The notes beneath the pieces were generated by a model. That model worked only from the letters and a program-made list of their open reading frames with translations. It was not told the origin of the DNA and did no database searches. The translations under genes were made by a program, and so were the position numbers. Positions 18,661 through 29,905 of a DNA stretch of 64,000 nucleotides are shown one piece after another. Position 1 is the first letter of the stretch, and each line of letters opens with the position of its first letter. Origin of the DNA: an uncultured virus (IMG/VR IMGVR_UViG_3300042434_001127) (Duplodnaviria > Heunggongvirae > Uroviricota > Caudoviricetes); the IMG/VR virus record IMGVR_UViG_3300042434_001127. One strand, 5' to 3'.

Positions 18661-20292
18661 ATGGCAGCTATTATTACTGATCAATTTAGAATATTGAATG
18701 CTGATACTTTTGTAAAAAGTTTTACGGGCATTGGTACAACTACTAATGTCTACTATACTTTTATAGGATTGCCAAATTCAACAGATACAACAACTGGATC
18801 TGGCACTACTGATTGGAATACAAATGTTCCAAATCCTAAAGATATGTTTAGGGAACAAAATGATTATTATGATACTATGATTGCTATGAAGAGGATTACT
18901 TCTTCAGATTTGAGAAGAATGGTTAGAAAGGTAGAATGGGTTGCTGGCACAACCTATGACATGTATAGAAATAATTATAATTATTCAAATCCAGCACCAG
19001 TTACGAATGCTACTTCATTATATGATGCAAACTATTATATTGTCAATAGCAATTTTAAAGTTTATGTATGTTTGAACAATGGTTCTTCTCCTGATTTTCC
19101 TTCAGGAAAACCATCAATTGATGAACCTGATTTTACAGATTTGGAACCAAGAGCTGCTGGAACTAGTGGAGATGGTTATATTTGGAAATATATGTACACT
19201 ATTTCTCCAAGTGATATTGTAAAATTTGATTCAATTGATTATATTCCAGTTCCATCAGATTGGGGATCAGGTACAACTGCAGAAATTAAAAGTAACGCAA
19301 TAGACGGAGAAATTAAAACTGTAATCATCAGTAATGCTGGTGCAGGATATCAACCTATCGGAACATCATTTAAAAATGTACCTATTTTAGGTGATGGCAC
19401 TGGAGCAAAGGTAACTGTTACAGTTGATAACTCTGGAAAAGTATCTAATGTAGAAGTAACTAATGGTGGAACGGGATATACTAGAGGTAGAATTGAATTT
19501 TATCCTGGAGCACCTGGATCTGAGATTGGAGGATCCATTTCAGGATTAAGTGCTGTTGGAACTGGAACAACTTCGGTTGCAGCTTTTGAAGTTGTTATTC
19601 CGCCAACAGGAGGTCATGGATATGATGTTTATAAAGAGCTGGGAGCTTATCGAGTATTAGTTTATTCTCGTTTTGAAACAACATCAACAAACCCAGACTT
19701 TATTGTTGGTAATGATTTTGCTAGAGTTGGTGTTGTTAAAAATCCAACAGTGTATGGAAGCAAAACACAACTTCTAACTACATCAGAAGTTAGTGCGATT
19801 GGTGGATTAAAACTAAAGAGCTTAACTGGTGGAAATATTAGTGACACCACATATTCAGTTGATTCAGTTATTAGTCAAGTTACAGGTATTGGTTCCACAG
19901 CTGCTGGTCTTGTAGCGTCTTGGGATAACTCTACTGGTGTTCTTAAGTATTACCAACCAGTTGGATTAGGTTTATCAGCATATGGTTTTAGAACACCAGA
20001 TTTTACAAGCGCCATTGGTTATGGTGGAACTTATATTGTAAGTGGTGCTAGTGTAGGATCCAATTTAGGTATTGATACTAGTTTCGGTAGCTCTGCAAAT
20101 CCAGGAACAGCAACTACAGTTGGTTCTGGTGCAAATACTAGATTGGTTCCTCTTGGATTGAGATTTATTGATGGTGTCGCTCCACCAGAAGTTGAAAAAT
20201 ACTCTGGAGAAGTGATCTATATAGATAACAGAGCAGCTATTCCAAGATCTTCTACCCAAAAAGAAGACATTAAAATTGTATTAGAATTCTAA
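18661..20292 (+). CDS. gp8: Baseplate wedge subunit gp8
   Basis: W..GTTYDMYR, VYVCLNN, DGYIWKYMYTI, C-terminal SGEVIYIDNR...QKEDIKIVLEF. Confidence 0.93.
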   Translation: MAAIITDQFRILNADTFVKSFTGIGTTTNVYYTFIGLPNSTDTTTGSGTTDWNTNVPNPKDMFREQNDYYDTMIAMKRITSSDLRRMVRKVEWVAGTTYDMYRNNYNYSNPAPVTNATSLYDANYYIVNSNFKVYVCLNNGSSPDFPSGKPSIDEPDFTDLEPRAAGTSGDGYIWKYMYTISPSDIVKFDSIDYIPVPSDWGSGTTAEIKSNAIDGEIKTVIISNAGAGYQPIGTSFKNVPILGDGTGAKVTVTVDNSGKVSNVEVTNGGTGYTRGRIEFYPGAPGSEIGGSISGLSAVGTGTTSVAAFEVVIPPTGGHGYDVYKELGAYRVLVYSRFETTSTNPDFIVGNDFARVGVVKNPTVYGSKTQLLTTSEVSAIGGLKLKSLTGGNISDTTYSVDSVISQVTGIGSTAAGLVASWDNSTGVLKYYQPVGLGLSAYGFRTPDFTSAIGYGGTYIVSGASVGSNLGIDTSFGSSANPGTATTVGSGANTRLVPLGLRFIDGVAPPEVEKYSGEVIYIDNRAAIPRSSTQKEDIKIVLEF

Positions 20293-20296
20293 GAAG

Positions 20297-23200
20297 ATGC
20301 CACAAAATACCAACCTCAACACAGCTCCATATTTTGACGATTTTAATGAGGATAAAAATTTTAAGCGTGTTTTGTTTAAACCTGGAACAGCAATTCAGTC
20401 CAGGGAATTAACAACTTTACAATCCATTCTTCAGAATCAAATTGAAAGTTTTGGAAAGCATTTTTTCAAAGAAGGGGCAAAAGTAATCCCTGGACAAACT
20501 TCATATGACAATCAATATGAATGCGTTCAGTTAAATTCTTCATTTTTTGGTGCTAATTTAAGGGAATATGTTAAACTGTTGATTGGTAATACAATTGTTG
20601 GGGCAACTTCAGGTGTAACTGCTACCGTAATTAATGCAATTACAGATTCAGAATCTGATAGAAATATTAATACTTTATACGTTCGCTATGTAAAATCAAA
20701 TAGTTCAGATTTTACAGGATCTAAATTTGTTGATGGTGAACAACTGCTCACCGAAACTGCTGTTGACACTGGAACTTTAACTATTGAAGCTGGAAATGCT
20801 TTTGCTACATGTATTGATCAAAATGCAACTTTAGTAGCTTCTTCTGCTTCAATATCTGAAGGTATCTATTTTATTAGAGGTCATTTTGTTAAAGTATTAA
20901 GTGAATCTATTGTATTAGATCAATATGGCAATACTCCAAGTTACAGAATTGGTTTGCTAATTAATGAAGAGCTTGTAACTGCATTTGATGATGAATCATT
21001 ATATGATAATGCTCAGGGATATTCTAACTACTCCGCTCCAGGTGCAGACAGATTTAAAATTTCAACAACATTAGTTAAAAAATCATTAGATGATTTTAAT
21101 GATGAAAATTTCATTGAACTTATGCGTATTGTTGATGGCGTTCTTCAACAATTTGCACAGGAAACCGTAAGTTCAACAATCAGAGATGAATTGGCAAGAA
21201 GAACTTTTGATGAATCTGGTAATTATATTGTAGATCCTTTTGAAATTTTTGCAAAAGAAAGTCTAAATGATTATGAAGGTAACGGTGGCATTTATACTGA
21301 GAATCAAAAAACTTCCGAAGGAAATTCTCCATCAGAAGCTTTAGCACTTTTACAGGTGTCTCCTGGTAAAGCTTATGTAAGAGGATATGAAATTGGGAAA
21401 ATTTCGCCATCTTTTATTGATATAGAGAAGCCAAGAACTTCTAATAGCGTAGATACATATTCTCTCACTTTTAATAGCACTAATAAGGTTGTCATTAATA
21501 ACGTAACAGGTTCTCCAGTTGTCGGTTTTGGAACTACTACAACATTATCACTTGTTGATGCCAGAGTAGGTGCAAATGGTCTTTTAATTGGTGGTAACGA
21601 AATTGGTGTTGCTAGAATTTATGATTTTAAATCTCAAGATTCCAGATATGCAAATGATACCACAAAATTTGAATTATTCTTATATGATATACAAACGTAC
21701 ACAAAAGTATCAATTTCAACTACAATTACGTTAAACACTCCTGCTTTTGTTAAAGGCAATAGTAGTGGAGCAACTGGTTATTTACAGTCTTCAGTATCAG
21801 CATCTCCAAACTTAACTTTATATTGCAGTAATGGTTCGTTTATTCAAGGTGAAACTATATCAGTAAACGGCATTACTTCTGCTCCAACTGTAGTATCTGT
21901 TCGTGATTATGATTTTAGTGATGTAAAATCAGTATTTTCTAGAGTTGGAATTAATACATTCACTGCAGATTTAGAATTAAATAACGTTCAATCGATTTCA
22001 CGTCAAGGAACTCAATTTACAATTACTAGTGCAGGTGCAGTTACAATTGGAGTAACATCTGCAGTTTCAGTTGGAATTAAAACTGGCGATATTATCAGAT
22101 ATACAAAAACAGGCAATACATATCCAACATTTAATAGAGTTACTGCAGTTAGCCCAGCAGCAAATTCATTTACTGTTGCTGGAATTACAAGTGTTACCAA
22201 TGTTTGTGATGGAACTCTTCCAGGTTCAACAATTACAGCAAATGATTTGGTAATTATTAAACCATCTTTAATCAATGGTTCAAAATCAACTTTAGTTACA
22301 CCACTACCAAATACTGATATTAGTAATTTAAACCTTGTAACGTCAGAACTTAAGGTTAAAAAGACATATACTTTATCTGTTTCTGGAAGTCAAGCATCCA
22401 CCACTGAATCTGATGTAAATCTATTCTTTTCAGAATTTGATGTTGAAGATTATGTATTAACCTATTCTACAGGAGCAGTAGAGCCTCTGAGAAGTGGACA
22501 AGTAATATTTTCAAACGGTAACAAAACTATTACATTAAATCAATTATCTGTAGCTACAGATTCTAGTGCCAAGTTAGTTGCTACTTTATCTAAGATTAAC
22601 GCTTCATCAAAACAAAAAATCTTAAATCGTTGTTCTACTATTATAATTAGCAGATCATCAAATTCTGCATCTGGTCTTGGAACTTCATCATTAAATGATG
22701 GATTAACTTTTAATGCAATTTATGGAACTAGAGTTCAAGATCCAGAAATTTCACTCAACGTTCCTGATGTTTTACGTGTTCATGCTATTTTTGAATCAGA
22801 TGATACATCAACTCCTACTTTACCATCTTTAACTTTAGTAGAAATTTCAGGTTCCTTATTAAATGCAATTGTTGGTGATGTAATTATTGGTGATGAAAGT
22901 AAGGCAGCAGCTAGAGTTGTTTCTACTACAGCATCAACTATCAACTTTGTTTATATCACTGAAAAATCTTTTAGAATTGATGAATCTGTAACATTAAAAA
23001 GATCTGGTATTACAGCTACGATCTCAAACGTAACCGATGGTGACAATAATATTACCGAAAACTTTACTTTAGATAATGGTCAAAGACTTGAATTTTTAGA
23101 TTATGGTAAAATTATTAGAAAGCCATCTGCACAAACACCAACAAAATCTATTACTGTAGTATTTGATCATTATAGCATACCTGCGGGCGATAATGGTGAT

Positions 23201-26200
23201 TTTGTTTCATTCTCTAGCTATTCATCTGATTTATACACTAGAGATATTCCATCTTTACAATCTTTAAGATCCACTGATGCAATTGATATCAGACCTAGAG
23301 TTGTAAATTATGATCCAGCAACAGACACATTATCTCCTTTTGAATTTAACAAGAGAAATTTTGCCTCCTCTGGAACTTATTCTAATAGTCCAATTTATCC
23401 TGATAGTCAAATAGTATTTGGTTATTCTTATTACTTACCAAGAATTGATAAGTTACTATTAACAAAAGAGGGATTCTTTGAACTAAGAAAAGGTGAGCCA
23501 TCTTTAAATCCAGTTGCACCAATTGATTTATCATCTTCTTTAGATATTGCTACTATCAGATTAAGACCCTATGTTTATAACGTTAAGCAAGATATTTCTG
23601 TAACACCTATTCGCCATAAGCGTTACACAATGGCGGATATTACTAAACTTGAAAATAGATTATCAAATGTAGAAACCTATACATCACTATCATTATTAGA
23701 AAGTGAAACTTTCAATTTAAGCATTAAAGATTCAGCTACTGGATTAGATAGATTTAAATCTGGTTTCTTTGTAGATAATTTTAAGAGTCACGTTGGACAC
23801 TTATTAAGTGGCAATTCTAGTATTGATTCTTTAAATGGTGAGTTAAGACCAGCTCACTATACAACATCTTTAGATTTATTAATTGGATCTCAATCTCTTG
23901 TTGGAATTGGTTCCACGGCAAATCAAAATGTAGACTCTAGATTTGTTACAGACTTACAATCACCAAATATTAAGAGAACTGGTTCTTTAATTACTCTTAA
24001 CTATACCGAAACTGTTGCTGCTCAGCAAAGATTTGCAACTAGAACAGAAAACATCAATCCATTTGCAGTTTCAACTTGGATTGGTAATATTGAACTTGCT
24101 CCTGCATCTGATACCTGGATTGCTGAAAATAGATTATCCGCAAGGAATGTTGATGAAGAGGGTAGCTATAATGCGTTATTAGGGGCTTTGCAAGCAGATC
24201 CTAACACAGGCATTTCTCCCGTTGATTGGGGTTCTTGGCAGGAAGTATGGTCGGGTCAAACTGTAGTTGGAAACGAGGTTGTAAGATCAGAAACAAACAC
24301 TGAGCAAACTGGTGATAGTGGTTGGGTTAATACTGGTGCTAGAAGAGGTAACTGGCCCTTCTTAGAGCAAAGAAGAACACAAACATTAGTTGACACTACT
24401 GTTAATACTAATTTAATTACTACAAGAACAGATACTAGATTAACTAGACAAGGTGTTCAATTCCAAGTCTCTCCTAGAGTTGATCGTAGATCTTTAGGAT
24501 CTTCTGTTGTAAGCAGAGATATTATACCATTCTTAAGATCTAGAAACATTGAATTTGTTGCAAGAAGAATGAGACCTAGAACACAGTTCTATGCATTCTT
24601 TGACAATGTTCCAATGACTTCTTATTGTGTTCCTAAATTGTTAGAAATAACAATGACAAGTGGAACATTTAGAGTTGGTGAAACTGTTGTTGGTTATGTT
24701 CCAGGATCAACCGTTAGAAATACACAAAATACTTTAATTAGATTTAGAGTTGCAAAATCAAATCATAAGTATGGTCCTTATGATAGCCCAACTCAAGTAT
24801 TTGATGTTAATCCATACGAAGATACTTTAACTTTAGCTGCAGATTATTCTGCAACTTCCACTATTTTAAATATTGATACTTTCAGCTTGGGTGCTCAATC
24901 AGAAAGTAATTTCTACGGTCAAATTGTACCAAGAATGGTTCTTATTGGTCAAACTAGCGGAGCACAAGCTTCTGTAAGAGATTTAAGATTAATCTCTGAT
25001 AGAAACGGAACTCTAATTGCATCACTGTTTATTCCAGATCCAGCAAGTCCAACAGAACCCGAATTTGAAACGGGAAGAAAAACTTTATTACTGACTGCGA
25101 ATGAGACTAACAATCCAATTCCAGGATCATACAATAGCCAAGCAGAAGTTGTATTCACTTCGTCTGGTGAATTGAATACCACCCAGGAAACTGTCATTTC
25201 AACAAGAAATGCAGACATTCAAAGAACGCAAGTTTCAGATACTACAACTGTTTCTGAAACAGTATCTACTTTATCAAGATCAACATCTGCTCAAACCAGA
25301 ACAGTTACAAACCAAAACTGGTATGATCCTTTAGCTGAAACATTCTTGGTTACAGATGATGGTGGTGTATTCATGACATCATTGGATGTTTATTTTGCAA
25401 CTAAAGATGATAATATTCCAGTAACGTGTCAAATTAGAACTACGCAAACTGGTCAACCAACCTCAACTATTATTGCGTTTAGCCAAGTAACATTAGAATC
25501 AACTCAAGTTACAACATCTACAGACGGAACTGTTCCTACTAAATTTACTTTCCCATCTCCTGTTTATCTTGAAGGCAATGGTAGAGAATATGCGATTGTT
25601 CTCCTTTCCGATTCAAACAACTATACTGTTTGGATTTCAAGAATGGGTGAAGTTGATATCACTACAACAAATCTTTCTGAAAATCAAAGAGTAATTGTTT
25701 CTCAACAACCATACTTAGGATCACTATTTAAGTCACAAAATGGCTCTACGTGGGATGCAAGTCAGCTAGAGGATCTTAAGTTTGTTCTTTATAAGGCACA
25801 GTTTGTAACTGATCCTGGAATCTTTAAACTATACAACCCCAAACTTGGAATTGGTAATCGTCAAGTTCCAATTCTAAGACCTCAGCCAGTTCAAACAATT
25901 TCTAAAGAAGTTGTTGTAGGTCTTGGATCAACTGTCCCAAGCACTTTCTTAACACCTGGAGTTACAATTACTCAACTTAATAATACAAACACCACAGGTA
26001 AATTAAAGTCTGCCACTGGTGCAATTGCAATTAATAATACGCAAGCATTACAAGTCAATAATGTTGGTAGTGGACTGACACCATCGGCAGGAAACTTTAC
26101 TTACACTGGAGTAAATCTATCTTCTATCAGTGGAGTTGGAACTGGTGCTCAAATGTCAATTTCAATCAATAGTGGTAACATTGGTGTTATTACTGTAACC

Positions 26201-27757
26201 AGTGGTGGTAGAGGATATGCAGTTGGAGATGTGTTAACAGCTAGAATTGGTGCAGTTAGTGAAAATATAAGATTTAATGTTGGAATTGTTTCTGCTTTAA
26301 ATCAACTTACAATTACTAATGTTCAGGGCAATTTTGACACTGTTAATCAAGTTGCTTGGCTTGTTGGTAGTGGGCCAAACGTTGGTATAGCATCTACTCT
26401 GCCAGCAGTTCCTACAACAGTCACTAATGCTTCTGACAAGACTGGATTGTATATGAAGATTTCTCATAGAAATCATGGTATGCATGGAAGAAACAATAAA
26501 GTAATTATTTCTGGAGCTATTTCTGATATTATTCCTGTTCGTTTAGCACAAGAATATACTAACACAACAACAACTGGTCTTCCAGTAACCAACGTAGGTA
26601 TATTTACAAGCTTTGAAAATGTTGGGGTTTCAAGCACAAATCCAGGTTATATTTTAATTAACAATGAAGTTATCAGTTACACTGGTACTAACGCATCAAC
26701 ATCTCCTCAAACTTTAACTGGTATTTCTAGAGCCATTGATAACACAGTTGCTCAAACACATACAGTTAACTCACCAGTTATGAAGTATGAACTTGCTGGT
26801 GTCTCATTGAGAAGAGTTAATACAACTCATAATTTTGCTGATGTTGATGTATCGAATGATATTGAATTAGATTCTTATTATGTTAAAATCAATACAACAT
26901 CAACTGGATTGGGAACTGCTAGAGATGGCTCAAACGGTTTACCAATTCTTGCATTTAGTGACACTGAGCAAGCTGGTGGTAGAAATGTAAGAGCAACTCA
27001 AAATATTCAGTTTGAAACTCTTACTCCTAATGTTCAGATTATGATTCCTTCTACAACTCAAATTGCAACAAGAGTAAGAACAGTCAGTGCTACTAGTGTT
27101 GATGGAACTGAAATTTCATTCCAAGACAATGGTTATGAACCAATTAATTTAAATGCAGTAAATCAATTTACTACTCCTAGAATTATTTGTTCTGAAGTTA
27201 ATGAACTTGATAAACTTTCATCTCTCCCTGGTAATAAGTCATTTACTATGGAAATGACTTTAAGCACTCAAAATAGAAATGTATCACCTGTAATCGATTT
27301 AGATAGAATTAATGTAATTACAACAACAAACAGAATTGACAATTCAATTACTGATTTTGTTGGAGATAATAGAGTTAATTCAGATTTAACTGATCCAAGT
27401 GCAGCTACTTATGTAACTAAAAGAGTTAATTTAGAAAATCCTGCAACGTCTCTTGATGTAAGATTTGCAGCATTTAGAGATGAAAGTAATGATATTCGTG
27501 TTCTATACAAACTTTATAGAAATGATTCCCCTGATGTAGATCAACCATACGTTCTTTTCCCAGGATATACAAATCTTGGTGATGGAACACCTGACACCAA
27601 CATCGCATCAAGTAATAATAATGAATATCGTGATTATAAATTTACTGTTAACAATTTACCAGAATTTACTGGATTTACAATTAAGGTGGTAATGACTGGC
27701 ACTAATCAAGCCTTTGTACCTAAGATCAAAGAATTTAGAGCAATTGCATTAGCATAA
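20297..27757 (+). CDS. Large virion structural protein (VrlC/DUF4815-like)
   Basis: MPQNTNLNTAPYFDDF...RVLFKPG..IQSRELTTLQSILQNQ; GLDRFKSGFFVDNF; WYDPLAETF. Confidence 0.85.
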   Translation: MPQNTNLNTAPYFDDFNEDKNFKRVLFKPGTAIQSRELTTLQSILQNQIESFGKHFFKEGAKVIPGQTSYDNQYECVQLNSSFFGANLREYVKLLIGNTIVGATSGVTATVINAITDSESDRNINTLYVRYVKSNSSDFTGSKFVDGEQLLTETAVDTGTLTIEAGNAFATCIDQNATLVASSASISEGIYFIRGHFVKVLSESIVLDQYGNTPSYRIGLLINEELVTAFDDESLYDNAQGYSNYSAPGADRFKISTTLVKKSLDDFNDENFIELMRIVDGVLQQFAQETVSSTIRDELARRTFDESGNYIVDPFEIFAKESLNDYEGNGGIYTENQKTSEGNSPSEALALLQVSPGKAYVRGYEIGKISPSFIDIEKPRTSNSVDTYSLTFNSTNKVVINNVTGSPVVGFGTTTTLSLVDARVGANGLLIGGNEIGVARIYDFKSQDSRYANDTTKFELFLYDIQTYTKVSISTTITLNTPAFVKGNSSGATGYLQSSVSASPNLTLYCSNGSFIQGETISVNGITSAPTVVSVRDYDFSDVKSVFSRVGINTFTADLELNNVQSISRQGTQFTITSAGAVTIGVTSAVSVGIKTGDIIRYTKTGNTYPTFNRVTAVSPAANSFTVAGITSVTNVCDGTLPGSTITANDLVIIKPSLINGSKSTLVTPLPNTDISNLNLVTSELKVKKTYTLSVSGSQASTTESDVNLFFSEFDVEDYVLTYSTGAVEPLRSGQVIFSNGNKTITLNQLSVATDSSAKLVATLSKINASSKQKILNRCSTIIISRSSNSASGLGTSSLNDGLTFNAIYGTRVQDPEISLNVPDVLRVHAIFESDDTSTPTLPSLTLVEISGSLLNAIVGDVIIGDESKAAARVVSTTASTINFVYITEKSFRIDESVTLKRSGITATISNVTDGDNNITENFTLDNGQRLEFLDYGKIIRKPSAQTPTKSITVVFDHYSIPAGDNGDFVSFSSYSSDLYTRDIPSLQSLRSTDAIDIRPRVVNYDPATDTLSPFEFNKRNFASSGTYSNSPIYPDSQIVFGYSYYLPRIDKLLLTKEGFFELRKGEPSLNPVAPIDLSSSLDIATIRLRPYVYNVKQDISVTPIRHKRYTMADITKLENRLSNVETYTSLSLLESETFNLSIKDSATGLDRFKSGFFVDNFKSHVGHLLSGNSSIDSLNGELRPAHYTTSLDLLIGSQSLVGIGSTANQNVDSRFVTDLQSPNIKRTGSLITLNYTETVAAQQRFATRTENINPFAVSTWIGNIELAPASDTWIAENRLSARNVDEEGSYNALLGALQADPNTGISPVDWGSWQEVWSGQTVVGNEVVRSETNTEQTGDSGWVNTGARRGNWPFLEQRRTQTLVDTTVNTNLITTRTDTRLTRQGVQFQVSPRVDRRSLGSSVVSRDIIPFLRSRNIEFVARRMRPRTQFYAFFDNVPMTSYCVPKLLEITMTSGTFRVGETVVGYVPGSTVRNTQNTLIRFRVAKSNHKYGPYDSPTQVFDVNPYEDTLTLAADYSATSTILNIDTFSLGAQSESNFYGQIVPRMVLIGQTSGAQASVRDLRLISDRNGTLIASLFIPDPASPTEPEFETGRKTLLLTANETNNPIPGSYNSQAEVVFTSSGELNTTQETVISTRNADIQRTQVSDTTTVSETVSTLSRSTSAQTRTVTNQNWYDPLAETFLVTDDGGVFMTSLDVYFATKDDNIPVTCQIRTTQTGQPTSTIIAFSQVTLESTQVTTSTDGTVPTKFTFPSPVYLEGNGREYAIVLLSDSNNYTVWISRMGEVDITTTNLSENQRVIVSQQPYLGSLFKSQNGSTWDASQLEDLKFVLYKAQFVTDPGIFKLYNPKLGIGNRQVPILRPQPVQTISKEVVVGLGSTVPSTFLTPGVTITQLNNTNTTGKLKSATGAIAINNTQALQVNNVGSGLTPSAGNFTYTGVNLSSISGVGTGAQMSISINSGNIGVITVTSGGRGYAVGDVLTARIGAVSENIRFNVGIVSALNQLTITNVQGNFDTVNQVAWLVGSGPNVGIASTLPAVPTTVTNASDKTGLYMKISHRNHGMHGRNNKVIISGAISDIIPVRLAQEYTNTTTTGLPVTNVGIFTSFENVGVSSTNPGYILINNEVISYTGTNASTSPQTLTGISRAIDNTVAQTHTVNSPVMKYELAGVSLRRVNTTHNFADVDVSNDIELDSYYVKINTTSTGLGTARDGSNGLPILAFSDTEQAGGRNVRATQNIQFETLTPNVQIMIPSTTQIATRVRTVSATSVDGTEISFQDNGYEPINLNAVNQFTTPRIICSEVNELDKLSSLPGNKSFTMEMTLSTQNRNVSPVIDLDRINVITTTNRIDNSITDFVGDNRVNSDLTDPSAATYVTKRVNLENPATSLDVRFAAFRDESNDIRVLYKLYRNDSPDVDQPYVLFPGYTNLGDGTPDTNIASSNNNEYRDYKFTVNNLPEFTGFTIKVVMTGTNQAFVPKIKEFRAIALA

Positions 27758-27758
27758 C

Positions 27759-27980
27759 ATGAACAACGATTATGATAGAGATCTAATACCCGTAGAGGGT
27801 AATAGCTCTTTAAAAAGAGATAGTTTCTCAAAAGCTATTGTTAATTCTGATAAATCATCTTTTGATAATTACATTTCATTGCGTGATCAAAAAATTAAAG
27901 AAAGAAATGAAATTGAATCTATTAAATCTGAACTGGCAGAAGTGAAAACTTTGCTAGCTCAATTAGTGGCTAAGTTATAA
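27759..27980 (+). CDS. Small hypothetical protein with C-terminal coiled coil
   Basis: 73 aa directly after the VrlC-like gene. Confidence 0.7.
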   Translation: MNNDYDRDLIPVEGNSSLKRDSFSKAIVNSDKSSFDNYISLRDQKIKERNEIESIKSELAEVKTLLAQLVAKL

Positions 27981-27983
27981 ATA
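27976..27983 (+). promoter_or_regulatory. Late promoter
   Basis: TATAAATA. Confidence 0.75.
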
Positions 27984-28010
27984 TTTAAAACATTATATTA
28001 GCATGTAAGC

Positions 28011-28352
28011 ATGTCTGTAAGAGTTGTTAATTTAGTCATACCTCAAGGAACAGATTTTACAACATCTTTCATGTTGGAAGAGTATAATGATCTTCCTATT
28101 GATTTGAATGGTTATACAGGCGTGTCTCACATTAAAAAACACCCATCAAGTACTACAAAGTACCCAATGACGGTGACTATCCCAAATCCTGATTATGGTG
28201 AAATAAAAGTATCTATTGGTTCTACCGCATCTTCATCTTTGAAAGAAGGTAGATATTTGTATGATGTTTTGCTTACAGAAACTGCAACAGGTTTAAAAAC
28301 TAGAGTTGTTGAGGGAACAGTAACAGTTACTGCAGGAGTTTCAACCTCATGA
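28011..28352 (+). CDS. Small virion structural protein
   Basis: NLVIPQGTDF...GRYLYDVLL...RVVEGTVTV. Confidence 0.7.
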   Translation: MSVRVVNLVIPQGTDFTTSFMLEEYNDLPIDLNGYTGVSHIKKHPSSTTKYPMTVTIPNPDYGEIKVSIGSTASSSLKEGRYLYDVLLTETATGLKTRVVEGTVTVTAGVSTS

Positions 28353-28558
28353 CGGAATTTAATACCAGGATATCAGATCAAAACAGGATTAAAGTCACCA
28401 CAAATTTAAGAGGAGCTAATACTATAAACTCCCTGCTAAATGTTGACGTAACCAATTTAACAAATGGTGACGTTCTTCAATATAATTCATCAACTGGAAA
28501 GTGGGAAGCTGTTGGGATTTTAGGACAAAACATTCTTGTCGATGGGGGTGAATTCTGA
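28349..28558 (+). CDS. Small fibre-associated protein
   Basis: NGDVLQYNSSTGKW; C-terminal DGGEF. Confidence 0.65.
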   Translation: MTEFNTRISDQNRIKVTTNLRGANTINSLLNVDVTNLTNGDVLQYNSSTGKWEAVGILGQNILVDGGEF

Positions 28559-29721
28559 TGGCTATAGGAGCAACGATATTACTCAAAAGAAGTAGTGGAA
28601 TATCATCTTTACCATCATTAAGATATGGTGAAATTGCAGTTTCTATCGGAACTGGTGGTGCATATAATAATAATGGAGGAAGACTTTGGATTGGCGATGG
28701 AGCGCAAAATCCAGTTGTAGTTGGGGGTAGATATTTTGCCGAACTTTTAGATCAACAGCCTGGCATTGTAACCGCTGGAAAAGCGATTATAACTGATGCT
28801 AATAATCAAATTGCATCATTAAATATTGCTGGCAATTTAACATTATCTGGTAACTTCATTTCTACTGCTGGTGGTGCTTTTGAAAATGGTGTCACAATTG
28901 GTTCTATTGGAATTACATCAAATATAATTAGCACTAGACCAGGATCAGGAAATGTTCTTTATATTGATCCATATCCAGATGGATTGAGTAGTGATGGAAC
29001 AGTCGTAATTAAAGGTAACTTACAAGTTGATGGACAAACAACTAATATTAATTCTTCCACAATTACAGTAGAAGAATCTATTTTAGCATTATCAGATCCA
29101 TCTTCAGTAAGAACTGTAATTGGAGCAATTTCTGCTGGTGTATCTACAATTACATTAGATTCTGTAACAGGAATTAATACAGGTGATGTTCTAAGAAATC
29201 TTGCTGGACTTCCAGCAACAGAAGCAAATAGAACAATTGTTTCGTACAATGCTGGCTCAAAATCAGTAACTATTGCTGGTGTAACAACTGCTGGTATTTC
29301 ATCTGCATCTCAAGTTACTGTAGTTTTTGGATGGGATACACAAACTAATAGAGGTATTTCATTTACTTACAATGATAATGGTGTTGGTTTAGGAACAACC
29401 GCAAATAAAACAGGATTCTTTGGTTTCCAAGATTACAATCAAAGATTTACATTTGTCCCAGACGCAACCATTGGTGTTGCAACTGCAACAGGTATTCGCG
29501 GATACGTTAGTGGCACAAAAGGATATCTTGACATTAAAGGTATCTACTATCAGCTAGCAGACACAAGCACAAATGGTGTTGTATACTTTGATAATACTGG
29601 ATTGATGAATTCTACATCAGCCCCTGGCAGTGGGATATCAACTTCTAACTATATACTTACAACACAACCAGGAACAAATGTTCCTGTGTGGACTAGCACT
29701 ATAGATGGAGGTGAATATTGA
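28558..29721 (+). CDS. Fibre/structural protein
   Basis: N-terminal ILLKRS...LRYGEIAV...GRLWIGDG (fibre N-terminal type domain); Gly/Thr-rich; C-terminal DGGEY. Confidence 0.7.
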   Translation: MAIGATILLKRSSGISSLPSLRYGEIAVSIGTGGAYNNNGGRLWIGDGAQNPVVVGGRYFAELLDQQPGIVTAGKAIITDANNQIASLNIAGNLTLSGNFISTAGGAFENGVTIGSIGITSNIISTRPGSGNVLYIDPYPDGLSSDGTVVIKGNLQVDGQTTNINSSTITVEESILALSDPSSVRTVIGAISAGVSTITLDSVTGINTGDVLRNLAGLPATEANRTIVSYNAGSKSVTIAGVTTAGISSASQVTVVFGWDTQTNRGISFTYNDNGVGLGTTANKTGFFGFQDYNQRFTFVPDATIGVATATGIRGYVSGTKGYLDIKGIYYQLADTSTNGVVYFDNTGLMNSTSAPGSGISTSNYILTTQPGTNVPVWTSTIDGGEY

Positions 29722-29722
29722 A

Positions 29723-29905
29723 ATGAATCCTGAAGTCGATATTAATGTTTTGGTGAAAACATTTTCTGAACGAGTAACTGCATTATATCGTGACAATGTT
29801 GTATTGGAGGCAAAATACCAAAGTCTATTAAATGATTATAATGAATTAGTTCAAACTAAAAATGAATTGCAAGAAGAAATAAACAAGAGCATACGAGAAC
29901 AATGA
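29723..29905 (+). CDS. Small coiled-coil hypothetical protein
   Basis: SD GGAGG upstream of ATG 29723. Confidence 0.6.
   Translation: MNPEVDINVLVKTFSERVTALYRDNVVLEAKYQSLLNDYNELVQTKNELQEEINKSIREQ

Noticed and set aside
6853..27757. Diversity-generating retroelement or DNA-level tandem repeats in the giant structural genes
   Set aside because: Repeats are visible only at protein level; no reverse transcriptase or template/variable repeat pair was seen, though a self dot-plot would be needed to exclude one fully
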